Source: a virus (lineage: Duplodnaviria > Caudoviricetes). Taken from it: a stretch of DNA of 64,000 nt. Location of the stretch: positions 32,001-96,000 of the IMG/VR virus record IMGVR_UViG_3300032227_001172; one strand, given 5' to 3'. The translations under genes and the position numbers were made by a program. Shown piece after piece: positions 51,701 through 62,300 of this stretch. Under the pieces are notes generated by a model. The model had not been told where the DNA came from, ran no database searches, and saw only the letters and a program-made list of their open reading frames with translations. Numbering within the stretch: position 1 is the first letter of the stretch; each line of letters begins with the position of its first letter.

Positions 51701-53332
51701 ATCGTCTCCATTAAGGTTATTATAGGATCCTAAATTATTATTATCTAAACCTGATACTCTTATTTTATTACCAAAGACTAATGATCCACTAGCATTAGAA
51801 ACCCAGTTATTAATACCAAAAACTGTGGTATTAGCCATAGCAGTACCAGCAGTTTTTTGATCAGTACCGACAATGGTGCCATCTGTACTTATAACAATTC
51901 CGCTTGTATTGTTTAATACGCCTACTATAAGATTATTATTGCTGTTGGTTGGTACTCTATTTCTTGGGCCGATAACAATATTATTAGCTATAGTACCAGA
52001 TAGATTATTATCATTGCCTACAATTAAAGATTCTGTAATTTGCGATACGGTGTTATTTTGTCCAACAAGAACTAAACTATCTGGTGCAGCATTAAGGGTT
52101 GAATTATTAATACCAATTAGTATACTGTCGTTAAGTCCGCTTGTGGTTTTAACCCCTAAGCCAAGAATCATAGAATTTTTACTACCGGTTAAACTAATAG
52201 CATTACCAATATAAATACCAGTATTAATACTCTGTGGGTTATTATCTCTACCAATACTAATAACGCTGTTGCCACTCACATCAGAATTATTACCATATAC
52301 AATATTTTGTGAACCAGAAAGATTAATATTGGAACCTATGGCTATATCATTAGCTCCACTAATATTGATATTACTACCAATATATATATTATCACTTCCA
52401 ATAACAGATGCTCCAACACCGAAACCGATAACAGATTCGCCAGAAATATTAGCATCTGATGTTAAGCCAACAAAATTATTACCTTTAACTTTAGTATCTT
52501 GACCTATAATGATATTACGACTACCTGTTGTAGATATATCTGTACCAAATCCTATGTTGTATAAACCAGATATTTTAGAATCTAGTGCGAAAATAATATT
52601 ACGCATCCCAGACACTGTGGTACTATTAGCGAAAACTAAAATTTTGTCACCACTAGCTACAATATCATTACCAACAATAATTCCGGTATTATGAATAGTA
52701 TTATTACTATTGCCTAATATAATATAAGATAAACCGCTACTAGTATTATTGAATCCTAAAATATCATAAAAATGTCCGGTTGGACTATTTAAACCTCCCA
52801 ATACAGTATTAACTAAGCTAGACCTAAAAACTTCCTTATTAACACCAGTATGATCAACAGTAAAAATTAATTCGCCGCTAGTTTGTTGAGATGCTGGATT
52901 TAAAATTCTGCTTTTAATTTGTCCATAAGTAATTGTGCTATAATTAGTATCTCTTCCAGCTAAGTCTATAGTAACAGGATAACTACCAGTTTCTGGTGGA
53001 GTTTGTGAATTATGAACAAATAGAATTCTAACACCAGTAGCGCAATTACTTTCATTTTCAACTTTTAGTCCATCATATGCACAATCTGTAACAACATGCA
53101 GAGTAGCATCTGGATTGGTAACATTAATGCCTAGTCTGCCTTTGGAAGCATCAAAGTACATAACATCCCCAGCAACCATTCCAGATACAGCAAAGTCTAT
53201 ATTGGAACGATTTTGATTAAATATTGTAGGAGATCCAGAAGTATCTGATAGAATAATATCATATATATTTCCTGATCCTATATTTAGTGTTCCAGATACA
53301 ATATTATTGTTGTTATCAAATGTTGCTGACAT
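48749..53332 (-). CDS. Tail fibre/adhesin with YadA-head-like beta-roll repeats (1527 aa)
   Basis: Long run of ~14-aa (I/V)(I/V)GxxN repeats; RLGINVTNPDATLHV and VGINTTNPRSTLDV fibre motifs; GGAG RBS. Confidence 0.75.
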   Translation of the reverse strand: MSATFDNNNNIVSGTLNIGSGNIYDIILSDTSGSPTIFNQNRSNIDFAVSGMVAGDVMYFDASKGRLGINVTNPDATLHVVTDCAYDGLKVENESNCATGVRILFVHNSQTPPETGSYPVTIDLAGRDTNYSTITYGQIKSRILNPASQQTSGELIFTVDHTGVNKEVFRSSLVNTVLGGLNSPTGHFYDILGFNNTSSGLSYIILGNSNNTIHNTGIIVGNDIVASGDKILVFANSTTVSGMRNIIFALDSKISGLYNIGFGTDISTTGSRNIIIGQDTKVKGNNFVGLTSDANISGESVIGFGVGASVIGSDNIYIGSNINISGANDIAIGSNINLSGSQNIVYGNNSDVSGNSVISIGRDNNPQSINTGIYIGNAISLTGSKNSMILGLGVKTTSGLNDSILIGINNSTLNAAPDSLVLVGQNNTVSQITESLIVGNDNNLSGTIANNIVIGPRNRVPTNSNNNLIVGVLNNTSGIVISTDGTIVGTDQKTAGTAMANTTVFGINNWVSNASGSLVFGNKIRVSGLDNNNLGSYNNLNGDDIQNFGNSNFVVGDSNTAIGAKNDILGNSSISFNTSTTKRNQIFGNNNIVIGNNEVVVSGLSIGFDNEIYGVNNLIYGKNNTVGLVRYPCMVSGTNVVIIGDITAFNGGDRVLVGLYSPASQDTPVFIRSILDGTDPLTEEPLGVIKENLGSNFTTTLIVDSTISSTNTIEYYVKNTFDDIIHGQNPCSECFANLFAGYSSGYVLAYQNGNDEDDLVNNPRYGNTNIILGDNNKHTHSSGLVIGYRNAISGVNHLVIGNNISGYFNNAVQIGTNNRNKLVFNNDAIIFNTGLYQTNVYFNSAAPGNGNDSRVLYLDLSNNEVGINTTNPRSTLDVSGVLTTRNLRVGLGTVAGYTLHADANGNATWDLPVNLSGQNSGLLFMVNQDVGSGVRELIFNTGTKELSYLRADRDLQNDFNLIAGSVEEKALIINQSGLYLNNVASDWGYQFVLKGSGIQDEVNGDNSIYLIKTEVKDNAIRIHNVTGVSGIFKQMKIVDGVNLPVNLTGTVLRVNNIGNLVSQSFDRHSLLFNSSNYASTGNNALRYYADSQAVTIGTTGEPPLQANVSLVQGASNTYNNIILGSSNGVNTVFNNAGIGGNRFIVVSSGQAGTKKGLQYDANTGSFGINVDTVDNNWKVSSTSDTKYWYEAGKLVVDGKLRISSLQLSAGGKDLAGDNSVNKYLKITDAAGNVGLDTIDLSYQFSGIHPLRVTTDSQNEIVTVRLDTRNANQVTLGSTDNGLILAWDGSKWVQARGVRLVQPADGGSTDATAGLEFGNALSLNSCYNNHVFGGGGFASPGNANFDRMRGSSQLNQFYLRGRTLADNPSELLSNWHKDTSTTAAINNTISLQYTTEDNSGAATDHNRSLVWNYTINYSAIFNNNTANGFGAVAGEVNGAVLSYRNSDGSRTTTKLGSESHPQKRYTGVDYSSTDPITVRIENAGDNANVQRLAIIANGRPSYNGLWSVTVDINQVFMPSGVNFGNSDT

Positions 53333-53359
53333 TTTAAAGAATCTCCATTAAGTTTTTAT

Positions 53360-56300
53360 TTAGATATCTATCGTACCGCCACCAAAATTAGGAGGTTCAA
53401 CACCTTCTAAATTATTAGCAACCCAATCCTTCATTGATGCATCAATATTCGCCATAATTACGCCTTGAATAGCTGGTTGTAGTGCTGCAAATAGCTGTGC
53501 TCCTGTAATATCTACTGTTATTCTAGCTGGTTGCATTGCCAAATTAATTTGTTGTGGTATATTAATACGCTGTAATTCTTTGATCAAATTACCAAATTGC
53601 AAGACAAAACCAGCTACTCCATTATTTACACCATTGGCATTATTACCTCCAGCTGCTGCAGGACCCATTGCTGGTTGCTGAAAGCCTTGTAATATAGTAC
53701 CAAATTGTACCAATGTTTGATTAACACCAGTAAGTAAAGTGCCAAATATTGTAAGTTGTTGATTAATATTGCCAAATGATTCAGGATTAAATGCTGCTTG
53801 GGATGCTTGGTTTACCCTATTGGCTAATACCATTTGTGCTTGTGGTTGCATTACAACAGGTCTTGGTGTCAGCATTTGCTGTTGTTGAGCTTGTTGAGCT
53901 TGTTGAGCTCGTTGAACTTCATCGATACGTCTTTCTCTGGGATTTCTATGTTGACCTCTCCTGACGAAAATACCATCGCTTGCATATACTATTCCTCCAT
54001 TTTGATAATAACCATCATTTATAGCGCGTAACACAGGAAGATGTCGTTGTGTAGCTTGACGATTAACAACAAATTCGCCGGGAGTTAGCATTGCGGGTAC
54101 TGTGTCGGTACCACGAGGCTGATAGTTTACTAATGTTCCTGTTGATGCATATATAGCTCCACCATGGCTTCTATAGTTTAACTTTGGTGGAGATGGAGGA
54201 AGTGGCGGTGGAGTCATTTTTACGCCTTCTCCACCCTTAGTTTCCATAAATCTTACTAAACTTTTAGATAGTTCTCTGGTTTGTTCATCTGTACCAGGGA
54301 AATCCTGGAAATTAGACGTAAGAAATTCTTGGCTCCCAGAATTTTCTGCAATATCTAAGTAGTTCTGAGAAGTAAAACCCCTATCCTTGCTAAGTCTTGT
54401 TATAGCATCCAAAACTCGATCATGAGCCGTTAAAGTTTTTGGACCCCTTACTCCAACCTCTGCCATGATATCAGGTTGTATAAGAGACGCATCTTCCCTT
54501 CCAAATGCTAGTCCTGCGTTTCCATAACTACCACCAGATCGACCACGAGTATAATTATCAGCCTCAGATCTTAATGTCGAATTGATCCTATCTTTATCGA
54601 TCACTACACCCATATTAATTAATGCATCATCTACTAGAGACATAAAACCATCTTCTCCCAACTCTGTTCTCATCTGTTCTATAGATCTCTTTTTATAATA
54701 GTCTGCGGTTCCTTCTAATATATCATTAACTCCATATCCCATATGGTTTCTTGGAGTTGCCATTTCATGATATTGAGAAGTTGTTCTTTTGAGGACTGAA
54801 TCGGCTACTTGATCTCTGTTGTTCTCCATCCAAACTTTTAATAGTTTTCCAGTAGGATCCTTCATTGTCTGATAATGATGAGCAGCCTCATGAGCCACTG
54901 TGCCAATCATCTGTTCTGGGGTAATCTTAGGAGATATTCTACTCAAACCTCCCTGATAATCGCCGAGAGCTCCAGGAACAGGTTCTGTAAATCTTGTTGT
55001 TAATGAATCAAATGTTTTAGGATCTGCTCCAGAATAATGAATACTTTCAGCCAAGTTGTCTCTGGCTTTATATACTAACTGATCAACACTTATTGGACCG
55101 TCAACATAGCGACCTCCAAATCCTTTCATTCCTACAAACGGAGTAATCGCTTCTGATATGGGTCTATTTAATGCTTTTTCAGCATATCTTATCTGTTTTG
55201 GTGTTAATCCTCCGGGACCAACCATTGAATCTCCAACCCTTGTTGGTGTGGGTATAGAAGGCAAAGCTAACGATAGTAACCCTCCTGTTGCAACATCTCC
55301 TGCTGTTGATCCTGCCATTGCTGATACGGGATTTTCATCCATTAGTTGATTAGCTATAGCGTTAGGCTTTGGAGCTCCCGTATTTAATGCTGTTTCTTGC
55401 ACCAACGATCCTACTCCAGCTCCAGTAATACCTCCAATCAAGCCTCCCGCAATAATTCCAGGAGGTCCTAATGGAGCAAGGGCAGCTGCCGCTATTATAG
55501 CACCAGAAGTAGCCCCCATTTGAGGAACAAAAGACTTAGCAGCTCCGGCAGCAAAAGCTGCTCTGCTACGCATGGCCGCATATTCTGGATGATTAAAAGA
55601 TGTTTCTGGTAAAAGTTTAAATTCATTTGCTGAAATTTCTCTGCCATTTTGATCCAAATAGGTTTTAGATCCACCACTCTGTGATATGTGCGGAATACCC
55701 ATTCGCTTTAAACTTCTAGAATACTCACTATCTCTTATAACAGAATTTTTATCGTGAACTCCTTCTTTAAAAGATCCTGATTGAACAGTTGGTGTTGGTA
55801 GTTTTGGTCTTGATGGATCAAATCCATCTTGAGCATAAACCACACCGCCCTTACTCAATACAATAGCTGCTCTAGCATAAAACTGATTATATAAACTATC
55901 TACATATTCTTGAGATAATAAACTTTTATTTTTTAAAGATTCTATAGTATCATAATAATGTTGTATTCCTGTTTGTATATCTAGGACACGCTCATTCTCA
56001 GGAACTGTTTTAACTCCACCTATAAATTCTGACCAGTTCGTTGGTGGTTTTACTTTTTTATTATCAATTAATGGTTTAAGTGTGCTACGCATAGCACCAA
56101 ACCTAACATCCATTTCTCTAGCTTTATAAAAATAATCAATCTCGTCTTCTGTTAAAGATCCGTCTTTTTGTAATGCATTATATAAAGGCTGCAGATATTG
56201 ATTTGTACTAATTGATGTTCTGTTATCTTTTGTTACAGCAGGGCTTGTGGTGTGTCTCTGTAAGTAATGTCTAAGTTCATGAGCTACTATAGCCCACCAT

Positions 56301-59300
56301 TCTTTATATTCTTGAGGATCCAATCTATTATTTTGGTTACCAACTCTGTTATCTTGATCAAAGGTTTGCCAAGGGGCGACAAAAACATTTTGTGGTCCAT
56401 TATCTTTTCCTATATTTTCTCCAAGTAAGCCTCCGCCAATAAGTTTGACATTAACAGGAACTTTTTTATCTAAAAGTTTATTTATAGGTGTTTTTTGACC
56501 ACCTAGTGATTGTAAGGCAGGAAATACTGATTCTGATTGCGGACCATTACCCATTTCTCTATTAGCCTGAATATTATCAGTATCCATATTTTGTCCAGAA
56601 CGCTCCATCGCATCTCTCAGCCTTGTTATTGTTCTATTGCCGATTTCCATTCCTTCTGTTGATATGTTTTGTTGTATTCTTTGTGCTTGTTGTGTTTGTT
56701 TTGTCGATCTTGACGCTGATTCGACTTGAACTCCATTTTGAGCATAAACTACACCGCCATTATTATAATAACCATCATTAATAGCATGGAGTAATGGTAA
56801 ATGTTTTTGTGTAGCCGCCCTATTAATTACAAATTCTCCTGGTGTTAACATGGCGGGAACAGTGTCTGTGCCTTTTGGTTGGTAATTAACCAGTGTGCCA
56901 TCGGCAGCATAAACCATACCCCCACGATACATTCCCATCGGTTGTCCAGGTTGTGGACCTTGGGGAGGTGCTGGTATTGGTTGTCCGGGCAATTGTGGTA
57001 TTACGCCACCTATTTGAGCAGCTATAGCTTGAATAGCATTATTCATCACAACACCAAAATCATCTAATACGTTCAAAATCTTGTCTGACGCTATAGCTTG
57101 AGCTTCACAGCATTGTTTTAGCATAGCAATAGTATAATCTAGTTTTTCTTGACTAGTAATATTATTTTGAGGAACTGCCTGAGTATTAGTTTGAATATTA
57201 TCTTTATTAATATATCCTAGTTTAGTACTTTCTTTAGCGTTCATCAAAACTTCATCGATACGTTTATCTGGAGCTGGTTCTATTTGTACTCCATCAACAT
57301 ATTTAGTTGGATCAGTAGTCATACTTGCGCCTCCGACACCACCATCCGCTAGATACTCTATTTTACCACCCCTGCTGCGATTGATACTTTGTAATAATGG
57401 TAAATGTTTTTGTGTTGCTGCTCTATTAACAACAAACTCTCCTGGCGTTAACATTGCTGGCACAGTATCTGTTCCTTGTGGCTGATATGGAACCAACATA
57501 CCAGTACTAGCATATATAATTCCGCCCCTACTCTTTGTTGCTACTTTATTAGATACTCTAATAGCTTCATTTTGTGTTTGTTGGGCAGGATATAAAAAGC
57601 CAGCTACATTTCCACCTCCCAGAGCATTCAGTCTTGCGATATTAAAGTCATTATTAGCTCGTGGATCAATAAGTCCTTGTTTTGCTGCTCTAGTATATAA
57701 ATTAGCTTGTGCCATTTTTTTCTGGCCAGGATTCAGCTTATCAAATCTTGATACTAATTTTTCGAATACTCCAATTTGTTTGGATGATCTAACGAAGGTG
57801 CTTTCAAACTGTTTGGTAATTTCTTTACGTTCTGCTGGAGAGGCCGAACTAATAATCTGTTGTAGTCTAGGATCATTCTCAACATTTTTGGATAAATTAT
57901 TTTGTTGTACTCTTAATGCTGCTACCACTTGAGAAGCTTTTGGACTTAGTGGCGCATTTTGAAGCATAGAGCTATATATTGATACTAATTCTTGTGAATT
58001 AAAAGGATTATATACGGCATCTATCATGTCTGGTGGTATACCAAGAGTTCCTAGAGCTTCTGGAGTTCTAGCACCGAATGGGAAATCTTTTTGTAGTTTT
58101 TTCTGTAGATTTTTTCTCCATGTTAAAAATACGCCAGGATTAGAAAATTTATCTGGAATAGGCATATTCATATACTTAGCAGTAGCACGTATCTGATCTC
58201 CTTGCTGTTTAGCTAATTTATCATTAGCTTTCTTTTCTTCTCTTTGCTGTGCTTTAGCTTGTACTAGTTGTCCAGATTTATATTGATCCCAAAGTTTTTG
58301 ACGACCCTCGGTATCTAGTTGATCATATTTTTTATCTTTATATTCTTGATTTATATTTTGATTGACTGTATTTAATTGACCATATAATGTATCTAGTCTA
58401 GCATTTTTTTCTTTTTCCCATTTGAGTTCATCACCAGCAAATGAATTATTTGGATCATATCTAGAAGCTTTTTCTTCTTGGATTTGCCTATATAATTCTT
58501 CACGGTCTGTGACAGACTTTTGGAATTCTGGACTAAACGCATTTGGTGGTAAACGCTTTATCCATGGAATAACACGGTTAGTGCTTTCGCTGGTTTCACG
58601 ATAAGACCCAAACTTTTGTTGTAAAAGTCTTTGTTCTGGAGTTAATGGCTTATCTAAACCAAAACCATCTAAAGACATTCTATTAGGATCAGTTGCATAA
58701 ATAGCATCGTCAATTCTACCTCTTTCTGCATCTATATTAGCTTGTCTTTGCATCTTAGCGTTTTGAGCAGCCTCAGCTTTCTCAAGATCTTCATTTGTGG
58801 CCCATTCCCTTAAACCAACAGCTTTTTTACGTTCAGTAAGTTTTGTTCTTTCACTCCATTGTTTATCAAAAAGAGCATCTGCATCTGCTTGTTCTCTAGC
58901 TTGTTGGTCAGCTTTTTGCACGGCGGCATCTTTATCCTCTGCTGCCATCTGACTTCTAGCCTCACTAGTTCGTCTTTGATAAGATGCTTCTTTTTGAATT
59001 TCTTCATTCAAAGTAGCATCATCAAATGTAGAACTGTTGAAGAATGATCCGGTTCTAACGAATAACTGTTCTTCATTTCTTGTGGCGCTAGCTCTTTTTT
59101 GATCTTGGTAAGCTTGAGCTTTACGAGCTTCTAAATCTGCAACTAGTCTATCTCCTGCTTGAGTACGAGGTTTTGCTTTTAAATCCTCAATTTTATTCTG
59201 CAATTTAGCTTGTTGTTCAATAAATAAAATCTCAGCAACAGATCGTCCTTCATAAGTTTCTCTTCCTCCGGCTCTTCTGGCAACTTCGGCTTCTCTGCTA

Positions 59301-62300
59301 TCTTCTAGATTAGATCTACCAGCATTTTCCATTCTGCGAGTAGTTTCTCTGCTAGTAGATAAGTTTTGTCTATCATTATAAAGACCAGTAGTTTCTCTTC
59401 CTACTGAACCTACAATTTGTGCACCTCCAGCGATCGAAGCCCCGATTAAAGCTCCAGGAGGACCAAAAACTCGTCCAGCTATTGCTCCTTCGCCTATGGC
59501 AAAACCGAACTCTGTTAAATTACCAGCAGCAAGGTCTGTATAGCCACCCCGCTCAACACCTAAAGCACCACCAATCATACTCCTTTCTGCTCCAACATCT
59601 CCTCCACCACTAACACTTCCAGTTAAAGCTCCTGTAATACCTCCTCCTTCATAAGCAACATACGCTCTTTGTGCTAATGTTAATATTGGACCTAGTACAC
59701 TAAAAGTCTTTCCTAAAAATTCTCTAGTAGCAGGACTAGTGGCGAGTTTAAATAAATCTAACTTTAATAAATTTGGTATATTCATTCCTTTAAGTTTTGG
59801 AATTTTTTCACCGATATAACTTAACAAATTTGAAAGACTTTGAAAATATTTCTCAGCAATAAAACCTTTAGCTGCATTTCCACCGGTTTGTACCGCAGAC
59901 CCACCCTTTTTACCGGCATTAAATAATACCTGAGTTTGAGCATCTATATCTGCTAATAAAGCCGTCGGATCAAGACCACCAGCAGCATAAACCACACCGC
60001 CACGACTAAATGTTTTACTATTTCCAGCACTACCATTAATAGCACTTAATAATCCTAAATTATTTTTAGTAGCTTGAGCATTAACTACAAATTCTCCAGG
60101 ACTTAACATAGCAGGGATAGTATCAGTACCTCGTGGCTGGTAATTTACATATGTTCCATCACTAGCATATACGATACCTCCACCAGATAATCTTTGAGTA
60201 TTAGTAGCTTGACCCGGAGTTCCTACTCCAAAACCAGCACCACGTAATTGTTCGGTGTCAAATTTTACTCTAACTTCACTTAATGCTTTTATAAATGTTT
60301 GATTAGCACTATCTAATATGTCTTTTTGTTTAGCTAATATTCCTTCATTTAGTGCTTGTGTGCTTGTAGCAAGTTCTGCTTGTTGTGCTTTTAACATTCC
60401 TTGTAAAGCTTGGATTTCTGGACTTTGTTCTGGAGGCTGTCTTAGTAACTCAATCATTTTTTGGAACATAGGATTATTCTGAAGTCCCATTCCTTGAGCT
60501 TTAGCAAAATTCTCTAATAAATCAGCTCTCATATTATTAATTTGTGGTCCCTCTAGACCACTCATTTGAGATAACTGATTAAACAACCCTAAAGCGCTCT
60601 TAGTTTGTCCAGCAAAAGCCTGTTGAGCAGCGGCGTATGCTTCTTGTTGTGTTGATCCATTTTGTAGCGCCTGAAAATAAGCTTGTTGAGCAGCTTGAGA
60701 CTGATTGATGGTTGTAATTTGACCATTCAATGTATTATTAAGTAAATTAAATGTGGAATTTAATTCTCCTAATTCTTGCGGGGTGCTTCCTACTAGTTGT
60801 TCGGCAAATGATCCTGCTGCTTGTTGGCGACCACTTAATTCTTGTTGTATTCTACCAATTTCGCCGATAATATCATTAATATTTCCTTCGATAGCTCCGG
60901 GTAAACTTTCTAATCCTTGTTCTGTTGCTTTTAGGGCGCTCTCAGTTTCTGCTAATTTTTTAGTCAGCGCTGTGAATCTAGCGTCTGCTTTAGGAATAGT
61001 AGAATCAAAAGTATTAGCAGTATTTTGTAAAGCTGATCTGATAGCATTTACTTCTTTTTGTAATGTATCTTTACGAGAAGCTAAATCTGTAGCATTTAAT
61101 TGTTCGGGAGCTACGCCAGCTCTAGTAGCGGCGACATTTCTTCTAGATTGAAGTCTTTCTCCTATGCCGACTCTTTGACCCAAAGCTTCTTTTAATGCTA
61201 TATTAGATTGTGTTAGGGTGTTTTGATAATTTGCTTGATTTTCTCTTAGATTTTGTTGTAGTTTACCATATTCATTAGCAGCATTGGCCGCAAAATTCAT
61301 AGCCTCTTGTACAAGCTTTAAACTATTCTGTAAAGCTTCAAAAGCTTGCTTGCTTGCTTGTAATTGATTGCTTAAGCCAGATTCTTCCAATAGTTTTTGA
61401 ATATCTATTTCCTCGCCACGTTTTAAAGATTCTTCAATTTTATCTTTAAATTCATTTCTCAATCTATCCCCAAGATCATTTCTGCCAAATACAGCATCTA
61501 TTTTTTGTGTTAATTGATTTATAATATTTGTTGCTACTACGGCCTGATTAGCTCCTGTTTGTTGTGCTCTAGCGGCTCCACCAGCCACGATATCTTCTGC
61601 GTCTAAACTGAATCTAGCTAATTGTTCAATAAATCCTCGATCTCTACCAGCAAATTGAGATGCTTGACCGATAGCAGTATTTTGTTGTTCTCTACCAAAT
61701 GCTCTTGGATTTTGTAAAACATTTAAAGCATCAAGATTCGCAGTAAATCCAGTTGCTCCAGATACTATTTTTTGCAAATCATCACTGGCCTGTTTTAAAC
61801 TTGCTGATGACGCATTGATGGCCTGATTAAGATTATCAAAAGTTCTTGTCATACTAGCAGATACTACATTTATTTTTTGCGTAAGCTTTTGTGCAGCTTT
61901 AGCTCTAGCAGAATCGGCAAATTCAGCATTAGCTAATGTTCTGGCTTGATCAACATATTTTCGTTTAACTCCTTGAATAGCTCTTTCCTTTAGTTGCTCT
62001 GCCATATTAGATTTTTGTATGGTAGTTACTTCTGCTTGGTATTCAGGATTAGCTTCTGCGATAGCCGTATATAAATCCGATAAAGCAACTCCTTGTTGTT
62101 GTAAAATATTAGTTACTTGATCGTAACTTTTACCCGCAGCAATCATACTACTAATTAAAGCTTGAGCCTCTTGCGCTGCTGCTTGTTGCTCCGCTGTTCT
62201 TGCTCCAGAAATTTCCGCTGATGATCTTTTATCTCCTCCTAAGTAACCAAAAGTAGCTGTGCTCAATGCTCTACTAACCATTCCTGGTTGTTCAGCCTTA

